Virus record (IMG/VR): IMGVR_UViG_3300025693_000004
Location: 1 to 53,409 of that record
From: a virus
Taxonomy: Duplodnaviria > Caudoviricetes
DNA: 53,409 nucleotides
Strand: one strand, 5' to 3'
Under the pieces are notes generated by a model that saw only the letters and a program-made list of their open reading frames with translations, did no database searches and had not been told where the DNA came from. This document shows, piece by piece, positions 8,401-18,871 of the stretch. The first letter of the stretch is position 1; each line of letters opens with the position of its first letter. The position numbers and the translations under genes are program-made.

Positions 8401-11400
8401 TCGGCTATTTGTCTTAATGTAAGCAAGCCAAAACTTTGAGCTTGTGCGCCGCTTTTGGTTCGGCCTACTGCAGTTTTAATGTGGTCAGCTACTTCTGATT
8501 CTTTTATGTTGCTTATTGCTTCACTAGCTTTTGAGTATTTAGGTGCTTTAGATGTAAGTAAGTTCTCATTATCTTTGTCAACCTTAGCCCCATACTTAGC
8601 CAATGCTGATAAATCGGCAGGCATGATATTCTTTGGCAATAAACCTTGCCTGATTAAAGCAGCTCTAACAGTGGAGATTAAATCCTTCACCCACTTAATC
8701 ATGCTTGCGCTTAATGACTTAGGGTTTTGTTCGTAGGCTTCCACTAGATAAGCCTTAAACTCTGCTAATTGGTCAGCTTCATTGGTTTCTGCATCAATGA
8801 CACGTTGGTACGCATCTTTCTCTGCCTTAGTACCAACACCTTCGCTTGCCTGGTCAAATTTATTGGATAGCTTCTTGTCCAGTGCGCTTAGGCTTGATTG
8901 AAGTTTCTTATCGGTAACTTCTGCACGATGATAAAGCTCGTGTGAAAGTACGCTGTTTAAGTTACCAGTATTAAGATTATCAGCAATAAGCGTGACCGTA
9001 TCGGTATCTTCATCGTAAAATGCCTGTGCATCACCTTCTTTATGAGACTGTACTATTTTAAGCTTGCCAGCATCGACTAGCTTATTTACGCGCTTAGGCA
9101 GTAGCTCCCGTATTTTTTCTACGGTGCTGCCTGATTTGTTGTTTGATTTAGAAAATTTAGGGCTGCTCTTGATTTTATCTATGCTAACAACGCCATCAAC
9201 AACATACTTATCTCTAAGCGATTTAATGTGGTCTTTATGCTCGGATAACTCATTACGCCTCGCCTCTCTATCACCATCAAGAATTTTTAATTCTTCTTCA
9301 ATATCAGCAATACGAGTAACATTTTTTTCACGCTGGGTTTTCATGCGCTTTTTAAAGTCGGATAGCGCTTTCTTGCGTTCAGCTCCTTCCTTGTCTTTAT
9401 ATTCTGGCGTTGGCCGATCATCAATACTTTTATTTGCTATTTCAAGCTCAAGCTTTTTCTGCTTGGCTGAGCGCAGTCTTTTAGCTAGATTGCTGATTAG
9501 CTTTTCAATATTATTAGTTTTGCGTGAAGCAAATTCTAAATCACGCTTAACCTCCAATACTTTCTTTTTATCAGGGTCTTGCTCTAATTCAATTGCAGCA
9601 TCATAAGCACTTGGCGCACCTTCTGTTGAAACATCGGCAGTATCGTTATTCTGATCTTTCCAGAACACATCATTAAATCCCTGCTTATTCGCAATAATAC
9701 GATCACTCATATCATCGAATGTTCCAGGCTGATTAAATGTATGTACGGTTACTTCTGCATTTTTATTGCCCTGCCTTACGCCCCGGTTATTTCTTTGCTC
9801 AATTTCATCAGGTCGATAAGGCTTATCTATTTGGTATATGTCTGTGGTATTAACCTGTAAATCAACACCAACACCAAGTTTTGATGTGTTGCCAATAATG
9901 ACTTTAATATCGCCTTTATTGTAGGCTTCGATAATTGCTTGTAAGCGTTCTGGCTTAGGGCCGCTTTTAACAACTGTACCTGTTGCAGGATTTACATGCT
10001 CACCACCATTTACATAAACGACTTGCTCAGGCTTTAATCCTGTTGCATTCAGTATTTTATCTCTGATATTGCTATGAGTTGATCCGTTATTGCCTGCAAA
10101 TTTTAGACGATCTAAAAAGATTATCTGTCCTGCATCTGGATTTTCTGCCGCTTTATCCGCAACAAGCTCAACTGTTTTGGCAATCTTTGAATAATCAGCG
10201 CTGGATTCTTCTTTGAATAAATCACCCTCTGTAAATAGCGTACTCTTGCTTGTTGGCTTATAGAGTCGAACATCAATACTTGCATCACGACCTGCCGAGT
10301 ACATTTGAATCATAACTTCGGCATCTTCTATCTTATTGCCTTGCATTAACTGCTTACCATCTTCGATAGCCTGAAGCAGGCGAGCTTTAATATCATCAAA
10401 TATTTCAGCCATCGTATCGCTCATGCGCAATACGTGAACCTTATCAATCTGCTTAGGCCGCTTTAAATCTTTAGCTGATTCTGGCGAGCGATAATCGACG
10501 TAGCGAGTGATGATTTTTTTCAGTGCATCAATGTTTTTAATAGCAGTAAGCTGTGAATTCATCTTCGCTTCACCGGCAAGGTTCATTTCCTCTACTTCTG
10601 AAACCTCTAAAAATTCACTAACAAAATCAGAAACATTATCAACACCGTATTCATCAAGGATTTTAGTATCAAGATGATGTAGCAAGGTCATTAGCTCTAA
10701 TGGCTTATTAGGTGTTGGTGTTCCTGTTAATAGGAATACGTTATTGCCATTATTGTTCTCACTAATATAACGAGTCTTAAATCTAAAGTCATAAGAGCGC
10801 GAACTTCCAAGTGTTATTGCTATGGGGTTTGCCTTTGTATCTGGCTTGCCGTCTTTGCCTTTGGGGTACTTTAAGTTAAGTGCAACATTAGCACCTATTC
10901 CTCCCTTTGCATCCGCAGACTGCATTCCAATGTTCTTATAATATTGCACTTCATCCGCAAAGATTCCGTCAAAGCCTAGCTTCCCCATATCAAAACCAGT
11001 CTGAGCATCATCTTTATAGGCGCTTATCATGGTGTTTCTTAGTAGCTCAACTTTAGCCACCCTCGCCTCTTTAGCTTTGATCTGGCTTTTTGTTAGGCTT
11101 TCATCATCCACCTCTAATCCAATCAGGCTCTCAGTTAATTCACTAATGTATTTGTAGTGCTGTGACTTTGGTATGGTAAATTTTTGCGCTAAATTAGTGC
11201 TAATAAAGGTGTAGTCATATCGGCTATTGGTTAAGTCATTAACCATTTTCTCTTTATCGGCTGCATTCATAGCCACCCAGTCTTTTACTTTTCCTTTATT
11301 TGGCCCAGATTTATATCTTGGAAATTCAAATATTTTAGCGTTAGGGTAAAGCTCTCGTGCCGTTTCCTCCCATTGGGGGATTGTATTAGCAGGCACGATA

Positions 11401-14400
11401 AACAATGGTTTTTTAATAACACCTTTCTGTAATAATTGGTCAGCCACAATAATAGCGGTCGGTGTTTTACCTAAGCCTGGCGCAAAGGCCAATACGCCTT
11501 TTTTGTTATAGATAGCTCTTTCAGCGCCTTCTTGCTGGTGCTGCATTAGCTTAAAGTCTTTGCCTCTAAATGTTTCAGGTAGATTTTTTAATGAACTTCC
11601 ATCAAATATAGGTGCGGCAAAAAAGTTTTTAATACTATTATAAGCATCCACAACCTCATCTTTTAAGCCATCATCAAGCAGTTTTTGTTTAATAAGCGGG
11701 ATAACTTCATCATTAAGCGTTGCCTGAGCTGTTTTGATTTTTGAATTATGCTCTTCTTCGGTGTCATCTTTATGCTTTTTAACAAGCGGCTCGCCATTGA
11801 TATACTTATTAAATAAATCAAGTAATGCTCTATCTTCAATCGCGTTACTGCCTAATAAGATAGTGCCATCGTAAAGCTTCTCTTCGCCCAATGAGCTTTT
11901 TGCGCTAGGTGGTAACCATGCTTCTTTACCTGTAATTGTTATATGGTCAATAGGAATAAGCTCAGGCTTAGCGTCATCAAGTTTATTTTCTTGCTTAATT
12001 CTTTGTGCCGCTGGCTTAACTCGCGATAGTTCATCTAATTTTTTATAGATATTTCCTGCGTAATATAAACGTGAGTTTTGTAGTTTTGTTTCACCTAAAC
12101 GAGCATAGCTACCATCATCTAGTAAGCTTTGAATATCATCCGCACTAAGTAAATCATCCTTAGCGCTAAGTACACCATCAACATCTTCAAGTGATTCAGC
12201 TCTATCAACTAAAGGCGAGTCTTTAGTAACTTCAATTTTACCGCTATCTTTAAATCGCACTTGCTCTGTAAAAATTTCACTTAAATTAAAGTCTTCATCG
12301 AACAGTGATAAATATGAGTTAAGTATTTTGTCGGCTTTTTTGCTTTTGGCCCAGGCTTTTAATTGCTTGTCTTTGTGCGGTGACTTTTCATACTTATTTT
12401 TGTATTCATCAACTAATTTTGCATCGTGCTTATTGTCAATCTTATCTAATAAAGCAAGCTTATCAGCATTGATTCCCTTTAGTTTGTAGCCAAAAACACC
12501 ATGCCCTTCAATATCAGAATAGCTAATAACTGTGTCGTAAAAGATTCCATCACTAAAGTAAGGCTCAGACTTATATAGCTCAAACACAAGCCCGTTATCA
12601 TCTGCATATTGCTTGGCTTCCGCAACATCTTTAAACTGGCTTTTATCTGCTTTTTTAGTTGTCGTGTAGTCCTGCTTCTCTAATTTCATCTTAGAATAAT
12701 CAGCATCACCAGTAACAATCCATCCAACCTTACCCATTGATGTTTTATTTTTACCGATACTTAAATCACCAAGTACTGAGTCCGGGTAATCAATAAAGTA
12801 TTTATTTATTTTATGGCCATCTTTACTTGCCACATTAACAAACGACTCATTTTTTTCTGGCTGCTTACTCTCTACTCCATCAGGGCGCTTCTGCAAGAAA
12901 ACCACATCAATCATTACTTCGGTACTAGCATTCGCTTTCTGCGTACCCATTGGCAATCTAAACACACCTATCACGTCCATCTTGTCGGTTAAGTGCTTAC
13001 GCAACCTCTGAGCCTCGCCAACGCCATCCATTGTGCCTGTTGATGTCATAAAGGCCATGACACCATTAGTTTTTAATTTATCAACTGATTGTGCAAAGAA
13101 GAAATTATGAATTGCTTTAAATGCCGGCTTAACGGTTGCAGCGTGTGCGCGTGGTAAACTTGAGAATGACGCAAACGGCACATTGGAAATAATAAGATCA
13201 AAGTTTTTTCCGTTAAAGGTTTCGTATGATTCGTTTGATACCTTAGCATCAGGATATAAACGCTTAACGACTTCGGTATTAGTTGCATCAATATCAACTG
13301 CCGACCAATCAGCGTTAGGAAGCATTCCAATAAAATTTCCACTACCTACTGACGGTTCTAAGGCTTTTTTGATTTTAATGCCAGCATCTTGCAAAGCGCT
13401 GTACATTGATTTAATTGTTGTGTAATCAGTATAGTGCTGGTTAAAAATACCAGCACCTTTATCAACCGAGTCTTTTAGATTTAATCCACCGCTACCCGTG
13501 TATTGGCGCAATACTTCTTTATCTGCCGCTGTAATTTCGTTTACAGGTTTCTTTAGTATTTCTTCCGCTAAGTTATTAACGTCACGTCTTTTTGCTGGTG
13601 TGAGCGCAATATTAGGCTTATTGATTAAGCTGAGGTTATTGCTCCCATCATTATCTGACCTAGAAGCTCCTGATACATTTCCGTCGGTGCTAGTTTCATC
13701 CCCGACATTTCGTTTACTTTTGCCATCGGTTTTGTGTCCGACCAGCTCTGTATCTCTGGGTAGCCCATTTCTTTTGCTATCACTAGAAATATTTGCATCA
13801 TCGAGTCCTTGTCCTTCTGGTAATCCTCCTGAACTGTTTTTATTTCCGCTGCCGTCATGTGGTCTTGGTTTTGAAGCTGAAACTCTAGGTTGATTATCCT
13901 TTCCGCCATCATTGACGTTATCTTGTTCATTTCCTCTTGTTCCATGATCTTGCTCCGTTAAAGTATTAGTGGATTCCTTTTTAACATAATTATCAGCACC
14001 ACTTACTTTTTCTTCACCTTGCACAGCGGGTTGCTTATCATTATTTGTCGCTGGCGAGCTAGTTCCGCTTGTATCTGTGCCGGTGTCAGTTCCTTGGGTT
14101 GTTGCTTTTTGACTGGCTTCATTGCTTATCTCATCAATCGTTGAAAAGCTTAAATCAATAGCGCGATTAAAAGCACTCTCCGACATATTATTAAGCCCTA
14201 GAATATCTTTAACTAAAGCAGATAGCGTTTCAAATAGATTTTTCTTGCCGCCTGTTTTGGCGGGTATTTTCTTTAGCGCAGATTGAAAATCACTATTTGT
14301 AAATGTATGCGTTAAAAATTCGTCTGCGTTTCTTAGCCCAGCGTATAAAGCGTCTTTCTCATCTTTAGTTAGATTGGCTTTAGTTTTGGCATAAGATAGA

Positions 14401-17400
14401 TAAGCAGCAGTATCATCAATTTCTTTTATAAGCGCACTTAACTTTTTATTACTAGGCGTGTTTCGCTCTTCTCTTATGCGCTTTGCTGTCGCTGCATGGG
14501 TTAGCTCATGCAATAGAGTGGATTCGTTCTGACCTTCTAAGTGAATGTTTATAAAATCTTTATCTAGTTTTGTGGCGTAATTGCCTTTAGTAATTGTGCC
14601 ATTAACACCTCTACCAGTAATACCTGATGCCTTTACCGCAGTTTTATCACTCAATAGCCCTTTGATTTTTCCAGCTATCTCTTTATACACGCTATCACTA
14701 GATTTAGTTTCTATGTATTCAGCCGCTTTAACCGCGTTATTAAGCTTAGAAATAGTGTTACTATCAATTTCTGCTGAGGTCGCTAGGTAATTTGATTCTG
14801 TATTACTTTCGATACCCGTACCATTTAAGCCCTCCTTTTGCTCGGCACTATCATTACCAAGAGCTTTGCGTAGAGCTTCGCCTATCTTTTGTCCTTTATC
14901 ACCAAAATCACGACCTGAGCTTTTTGAATTAAGCTCATTCATTGGTAACAGTGCCGAACCTATAATTACATCAGCATCACCCCATCCTGTCATTTTAAGA
15001 TTATGCTTTTTGCCTATATCCTCTCTTATTTTGATGGTATCAATTGAGCCGTTTTTATTTCTATATTTTTTCAATCCTGCCGCATGAGCAAGGTCTTTAG
15101 TTAATTGATCTGCGTTATCAGCAATGTATTTTTTACTTGAATTTTGATTATCTACCGCCCCTGTCGCCTCAATACTTGGCTCATTCTCTTGCGCTGACGT
15201 AGTTTTACTTTCAGTGACATCTTGCGCTTTATTCCCCACTTCATTTAATTCTGCTCCTGATTGCGTTCCAATTTCTTCTTGCGACGCTTCATTTTTTGTT
15301 TGGCTGCTTTGCTCATTTTGTGATTGTCCTTGTTGTTCTGGTGTGGTTAGTGATTCATTTTGTGTAATCGGTGTAGATTCTTGTAATCCTGTGTAATCCT
15401 GTGTAATCGGTGATAATTCGCCCTCATCAAACGCCCATACTTCGCCGCTAGCATCTTGATAGTCGCCATTGCCTAAGCTTGTGTATTGCTCGCCGGTATC
15501 ATCTTCGTGCGTTGCTTTGCTTTCGGTATCACTGACCTTAATATTAAGGTCAGTACTTTCTTGTTCGATTAGACTTGTTACTTGCTGAATTTGCTCTTCA
15601 TTAAGTCTTTTAGTGATTCGGTCTTTAGGGTTTTGTAATCGAGTAGATAGTGCTTCTCGATTCTTACCCTTCTTGATTAAATTAATTTCCGTGGTTAAAA
15701 CCTTATTAAGGCTTTCATCATCAGAAATGTTTTTAACTTGCTCAAGCTCTTGGACTAACTGCTCAGGTCTTGGCTTGAATCTGGCATCAGGCTTTTTATT
15801 GATTAACTGGGTTTCTTTTTCTGGTCTGCGCTTAAATTCAGCATCTTGAGTTTTATTAATTAATTCAACAGGTTTATCTTTATTAAGATAGGACTCAACA
15901 GGCATTCCTTTAGGCATTGCATCAACGGCATCACGCTCAAATTCACCAATATTATCCGGTGTTATTGCGCCAGATTGAAAGGCAGCCTCCATTGCTGCGC
16001 CCAGTTCAGGATCATTAAACTTAGTCGATTTAATTAACGCACTAGCTTGGTCGATGAAATTACGCTGCTTTGATTCTTCTGTTTGCGGAAGTGCTTCAAT
16101 AAGCTTCCTCTCAAAAGCGGGAGTTTCCCATATAGGTTTAGGATCGGTCGCTTCCTGTTTTTGTAAATCAATCACTTTGATGATTTTTTCGTAAACGTCA
16201 GGGGAATCCTTAAATGCTTTAGCGGTTTGGGTATCGGTTAATAATTTATCCTCTAGCGATAACAGCGCAATTGCACTTTGCTTATTATCTTTTGCCTTAC
16301 CTAGCTCAATTAAACTAAGGGCCGTAATATCCTTTTTAAGCGCTGATTCTATTGCTGCATTACCCTTTAGCACTGGAAGTAATGATTTAAGCTCCTGCTT
16401 AATCTCAGTTGCCCTACTTACTCTTTCTTCGGGCAATAGCTCACTGACAGCATCTAACTTATCACTTAGCTTGGCTTTATTGAGTAAAATATTGCTTTCA
16501 GATACATCAATACTATTATCTGGGGCAATATCACTCGCTGGTTTCTTGCTCTCTTGAATTTGCTCATCTATTCCTTTGCGGTATGTGGCTACACCTAATC
16601 CACCACCTAAGCCAGCACCGATAACAGCACCCGTCGCACCTTCCCCTACTGCACCTTCGTATGTATCTCGCTCGGTATCAAAGTCTTGTGCTATTTTATT
16701 TGATGCAACTTTTTGACCAAAGCCCTCACCAAACTCTTGTATTCCTTCTGTTGCTGCACCAGCCCCTGCATTGGCTAACCGACTAATGCCGACTTTACCT
16801 GCAATCACTTTCTCTAATACAGGGTTTCCAATACCCATTGAGATACCACCAATAGCAGCACCCGGCACAAACGCCTTTTCCGCTTGTTGTTGCGCGTAAC
16901 CTTCCCGTGCTTGCTTCAGCGATTCAGGATGGCTTAACCCTGAATCCATGCCTTCCATAAACAGATTAACAAAATCATCTGAATTAGCTAATTGCTCTAA
17001 CGGTGCATTACGCACTTCTTCTATTGCTTGATTAGCTGTTGAGCCACCAATCATTGCAGCACCACCAACACCATGCCCGATCATTGCATTACGTGTTTTG
17101 GCTGCGGCTTGTGCTGTTTTTCCTAGCTTGTTTACTTTGCCTGCAACATTTAAGCCTTTACCGATTAGCCCCCCTGGAAGCATTGACGGCGCAAAAGAAC
17201 CTGCTCCTTGTGCTAAAAGATTTAAAACGCCTCGCGCTGAGCTATTCTCTTTAATTGAAAGGTCGTCATTAAACCCCGTGTCTTGAGCGGACTGCTTACC
17301 TGCATCTGAAATAGTTTCAAGCTGGTTATCAGCCCAATCACGCAAGCCTTTTGATGCAAAATTCTCACTACCGCCTGTGATGCCTTGTGCTATATCAGCT

Positions 17401-17537
17401 GCGCCACCGATTGCACCCATTTGAGCAAAATCAATCGCATCAGCAACAAGCCCTTGCTGTTCTTTTGCGCTAACTATATCGTTAAAAGGGTCGTTATTAT
17501 TCGTGTCGCCTGTAATATCTGAAAATGGGTCATTCAT
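5472..17537 (-). CDS. Giant polyvalent internal virion/ejection protein (HExxH peptidases, DarB-like N6-MTase plus SNF2 helicase, PLxRFG domain)
   Basis: LLHELTH (~14500); LEPSVGSGNF and NVPF (~13350, ~13180); FAPGLGKT, DEVQ, TGTP, GVGVDLQ and QRNNRGVRQG; SHELYH (~8930); YFPLARFGDYWV (~7810). Confidence 0.85.
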   Translation of the reverse strand: MNDPFSDITGDTNNNDPFNDIVSAKEQQGLVADAIDFAQMGAIGGAADIAQGITGGSENFASKGLRDWADNQLETISDAGKQSAQDTGFNDDLSIKENSSARGVLNLLAQGAGSFAPSMLPGGLIGKGLNVAGKVNKLGKTAQAAAKTRNAMIGHGVGGAAMIGGSTANQAIEEVRNAPLEQLANSDDFVNLFMEGMDSGLSHPESLKQAREGYAQQQAEKAFVPGAAIGGISMGIGNPVLEKVIAGKVGISRLANAGAGAATEGIQEFGEGFGQKVASNKIAQDFDTERDTYEGAVGEGATGAVIGAGLGGGLGVATYRKGIDEQIQESKKPASDIAPDNSIDVSESNILLNKAKLSDKLDAVSELLPEERVSRATEIKQELKSLLPVLKGNAAIESALKKDITALSLIELGKAKDNKQSAIALLSLEDKLLTDTQTAKAFKDSPDVYEKIIKVIDLQKQEATDPKPIWETPAFERKLIEALPQTEESKQRNFIDQASALIKSTKFNDPELGAAMEAAFQSGAITPDNIGEFERDAVDAMPKGMPVESYLNKDKPVELINKTQDAEFKRRPEKETQLINKKPDARFKPRPEQLVQELEQVKNISDDESLNKVLTTEINLIKKGKNREALSTRLQNPKDRITKRLNEEQIQQVTSLIEQESTDLNIKVSDTESKATHEDDTGEQYTSLGNGDYQDASGEVWAFDEGELSPITQDYTGLQESTPITQNESLTTPEQQGQSQNEQSSQTKNEASQEEIGTQSGAELNEVGNKAQDVTESKTTSAQENEPSIEATGAVDNQNSSKKYIADNADQLTKDLAHAAGLKKYRNKNGSIDTIKIREDIGKKHNLKMTGWGDADVIIGSALLPMNELNSKSSGRDFGDKGQKIGEALRKALGNDSAEQKEGLNGTGIESNTESNYLATSAEIDSNTISKLNNAVKAAEYIETKSSDSVYKEIAGKIKGLLSDKTAVKASGITGRGVNGTITKGNYATKLDKDFINIHLEGQNESTLLHELTHAATAKRIREERNTPSNKKLSALIKEIDDTAAYLSYAKTKANLTKDEKDALYAGLRNADEFLTHTFTNSDFQSALKKIPAKTGGKKNLFETLSALVKDILGLNNMSESAFNRAIDLSFSTIDEISNEASQKATTQGTDTGTDTSGTSSPATNNDKQPAVQGEEKVSGADNYVKKESTNTLTEQDHGTRGNEQDNVNDGGKDNQPRVSASKPRPHDGSGNKNSSGGLPEGQGLDDANISSDSKRNGLPRDTELVGHKTDGKSKRNVGDETSTDGNVSGASRSDNDGSNNLSLINKPNIALTPAKRRDVNNLAEEILKKPVNEITAADKEVLRQYTGSGGLNLKDSVDKGAGIFNQHYTDYTTIKSMYSALQDAGIKIKKALEPSVGSGNFIGMLPNADWSAVDIDATNTEVVKRLYPDAKVSNESYETFNGKNFDLIISNVPFASFSSLPRAHAATVKPAFKAIHNFFFAQSVDKLKTNGVMAFMTSTGTMDGVGEAQRLRKHLTDKMDVIGVFRLPMGTQKANASTEVMIDVVFLQKRPDGVESKQPEKNESFVNVASKDGHKINKYFIDYPDSVLGDLSIGKNKTSMGKVGWIVTGDADYSKMKLEKQDYTTTKKADKSQFKDVAEAKQYADDNGLVFELYKSEPYFSDGIFYDTVISYSDIEGHGVFGYKLKGINADKLALLDKIDNKHDAKLVDEYKNKYEKSPHKDKQLKAWAKSKKADKILNSYLSLFDEDFNLSEIFTEQVRFKDSGKIEVTKDSPLVDRAESLEDVDGVLSAKDDLLSADDIQSLLDDGSYARLGETKLQNSRLYYAGNIYKKLDELSRVKPAAQRIKQENKLDDAKPELIPIDHITITGKEAWLPPSAKSSLGEEKLYDGTILLGSNAIEDRALLDLFNKYINGEPLVKKHKDDTEEEHNSKIKTAQATLNDEVIPLIKQKLLDDGLKDEVVDAYNSIKNFFAAPIFDGSSLKNLPETFRGKDFKLMQHQQEGAERAIYNKKGVLAFAPGLGKTPTAIIVADQLLQKGVIKKPLFIVPANTIPQWEETARELYPNAKIFEFPRYKSGPNKGKVKDWVAMNAADKEKMVNDLTNSRYDYTFISTNLAQKFTIPKSQHYKYISELTESLIGLEVDDESLTKSQIKAKEARVAKVELLRNTMISAYKDDAQTGFDMGKLGFDGIFADEVQYYKNIGMQSADAKGGIGANVALNLKYPKGKDGKPDTKANPIAITLGSSRSYDFRFKTRYISENNNGNNVFLLTGTPTPNKPLELMTLLHHLDTKILDEYGVDNVSDFVSEFLEVSEVEEMNLAGEAKMNSQLTAIKNIDALKKIITRYVDYRSPESAKDLKRPKQIDKVHVLRMSDTMAEIFDDIKARLLQAIEDGKQLMQGNKIEDAEVMIQMYSAGRDASIDVRLYKPTSKSTLFTEGDLFKEESSADYSKIAKTVELVADKAAENPDAGQIIFLDRLKFAGNNGSTHSNIRDKILNATGLKPEQVVYVNGGEHVNPATGTVVKSGPKPERLQAIIEAYNKGDIKVIIGNTSKLGVGVDLQVNTTDIYQIDKPYRPDEIEQRNNRGVRQGNKNAEVTVHTFNQPGTFDDMSDRIIANKQGFNDVFWKDQNNDTADVSTEGAPSAYDAAIELEQDPDKKKVLEVKRDLEFASRKTNNIEKLISNLAKRLRSAKQKKLELEIANKSIDDRPTPEYKDKEGAERKKALSDFKKRMKTQREKNVTRIADIEEELKILDGDREARRNELSEHKDHIKSLRDKYVVDGVVSIDKIKSSPKFSKSNNKSGSTVEKIRELLPKRVNKLVDAGKLKIVQSHKEGDAQAFYDEDTDTVTLIADNLNTGNLNSVLSHELYHRAEVTDKKLQSSLSALDKKLSNKFDQASEGVGTKAEKDAYQRVIDAETNEADQLAEFKAYLVEAYEQNPKSLSASMIKWVKDLISTVRAALIRQGLLPKNIMPADLSALAKYGAKVDKDNENLLTSKAPKYSKASEAISNIKESEVADHIKTAVGRTKSGAQAQSFGLLTLRQIADLTKEVLPEIKGRYVKNVHAMDTEKNKRLSDAGEIATDWAKLDKKISNEMSDLMHDSTIAGVDGAEHYVKAIDIDEANDKIKAIQEKIRGRAGDNKASMFREIEELRMMIAFEKKRKVAYPEIKARFNKLAKKSSDAASIYRKSRNHHEKHFEDTLEALKQRIGDSEASPEVKKNLIAALRLKFESLQAQAPYFPLARFGDYWVQTENGDDTAFNMFESEAEQEVFKQQMRQDGVNILGSGKQLENLSEVDGVSAEFITEVDTLISGLGDVPMVNDLRDSVYQLYLNSLPDVSARKHFIHRKKTKGFHQDQLRAFAKKSLHDANSLAKLKFGHKLQETLTESKEVIDIASSKIKRAKAEKLIEWINEYLNADMSMDDINTDLSNSTDEDETAMLLQFKKWKKSYSDAAINELADKTERLLELARNIKPDQRTFAVNALDELRKSYKDMMNPKVHPLAQKLNSVGFAWFLGLTPAAAMVNLTQTPVVSLPILASKVGWGKASKYMLEATKIFGKNMHLKKKKGDSLINGLSIKGELKGDELQAFNDWIDSGLLDVTLAHDLAGLSDEGILTNTGKHKIMNVLSFGFHHAERMNREITALASYRAGKEKGMNHNEAVQFAADLVLDSHFDYTSSNRARFMRGNVARVVTQFKQYSQNLTYLYARTIQQAYKGSTPEEKAEAKKALRGMLIMQFSVAGTLGMPMAGVAMGMAQVLSDVFGDDDEFDDVEGDYRQLLADLVTDITGSQDTGNKFSHVMSKGFVDAFTPFSVSGRLSASDLWVRGSNRELERESKMWDWAKTILGPMSGLLIENPVRAMGYLADGHNERALETMMPKAIKDSMKALRYSIDGVENLRGDKIKEDYSIAEGVGQLMGFASSEISEVYAQNNAISRVKMKRDKRRSSLLSAAANARIDKDISEFQSIWDEIKAFNKNNPNRKILMKNVIQSIKGKNRRSKNTENGMYIPKRNRDIANKYQFSN

Positions 17538-17555
17538 ATTTATTCAACCTTCTTA

Positions 17556-18824
17556 TTAAATTAAGCCTAGTTGTTTCGCTCTTTCATCCAATTGCTTTAG
17601 CTTATCGGGATTATCTGCAAAGCTGATTCTGTGTTGCTTGTATAGCTTGACGGCCTGTTCGCGCTTATTGGGGTTTTGCTCTGTCGCCTTCCCTGTCGCC
17701 TTATTAAACGGAACAATCCGCTGCGACTTAGCGCCTGCATCATCTGTATCAGTCAGTGTTACGGGCATATAATTATTACGAGCCACTCCACCCCTGCCAT
17801 TGCGACTAGGCTGCATTAAATCACCTAGCATCTTGGCTAAGCCTAAATCATAGACATTTTCTTTATTATTCTGGCTTGCCGCATCGTTATTTAATCCACG
17901 CTCATTTTTTAATGCGCTTTGGTATCTTTCTTCGGCAACACCCTCTGCCGCTAAATAATCATCATTTGCTTTACGGTTTAGGCCTCGCTCTTCTAAGAAA
18001 GGAAGTAATGCAGCTAAAGCGGTATTCATTCCAGCCATGCCACCAAAAGCACCATCTGCCATTGAGTTTGCATTAATACCTGTCTCACGATTTAAAATAC
18101 TTCGTTCTGGCTGGTAGTTAGCTCGGTTTGGGGCGAATTGCTGGTAATCAACTTGCGATTCTGGCGCTTGGTATCGTTCTGGCTGATTATTTGCTATTAG
18201 ATTAATTAGGTTTTCAATGCCTATATCTTGTCTAGGTGCAGGACTAGGCTGCATCATTCCACCTGCATAATTCTGTTGCTGTGGATTCGCCTGATGAACT
18301 GGCTTTTTATTCGGCTTCAATCCACCCTTTAGTATTAATTCCCTTGCTTGTTCTTTGCTGAATTTTGGCGTAGTTGCTTGTGCGTCTGGCTGACCATTGC
18401 TAACCGGGTTTAACGCATCATAAGCTGCATTACCTAAAAACTGCCCTGCTGCATTGGTTGAGTAAGCAATATCCTCGCCCGCTCGTTTACCCATGTTAAT
18501 GGCTGAATTGATAAACCCACCTAAATCATCCGAGGTATTTGCACGCTCAGTTGACGGCCTCATTCCATTAGATTGATTAGCAAAGTCACGAATTGAGTCA
18601 ATACCACCTAAAACAGTATTTGAGATAGCTCTTGGTGTCTGTTTGATTGCATTCGGTATGCTTTGTGTAATGCCACTATAAAGAGCGTTACTTGCATCCT
18701 CTGCTACATTGGATGAATTAACAGCAAGCGTCTTGATATTATTGGTTCTTGGCTTGGCTTGGTCTAAATAACCAAGTCCACCCTGGTATGGCTTTTCTTG
18801 TTCCATTGTATTGTCTCCCGACAA
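17556..18824 (-). CDS. Putative internal virion (ejection) protein
   Basis: Gln/Asn/Gly/Ala-rich, immediately upstream of the giant protein in the late operon. Confidence 0.55.
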   Translation of the reverse strand: MSGDNTMEQEKPYQGGLGYLDQAKPRTNNIKTLAVNSSNVAEDASNALYSGITQSIPNAIKQTPRAISNTVLGGIDSIRDFANQSNGMRPSTERANTSDDLGGFINSAINMGKRAGEDIAYSTNAAGQFLGNAAYDALNPVSNGQPDAQATTPKFSKEQARELILKGGLKPNKKPVHQANPQQQNYAGGMMQPSPAPRQDIGIENLINLIANNQPERYQAPESQVDYQQFAPNRANYQPERSILNRETGINANSMADGAFGGMAGMNTALAALLPFLEERGLNRKANDDYLAAEGVAEERYQSALKNERGLNNDAASQNNKENVYDLGLAKMLGDLMQPSRNGRGGVARNNYMPVTLTDTDDAGAKSQRIVPFNKATGKATEQNPNKREQAVKLYKQHRISFADNPDKLKQLDERAKQLGLI

Positions 18825-18871
18825 GTTGTTTGTGTTAATTATACGCGCTTAGGGCTGGGGGCCTTGTTGAC

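Noticed and set aside
6691-17286. Many plus-strand ORFs antisense to the giant gene
   Set aside because: Ser/Leu/Phe-rich shadows of the coding strand with no motifs
5472-17537. Tape measure protein or virion RNA polymerase
   Set aside because: Has MTase, helicase and peptidase motifs; no RNA polymerase motifs or tail tube/sheath genes recognised
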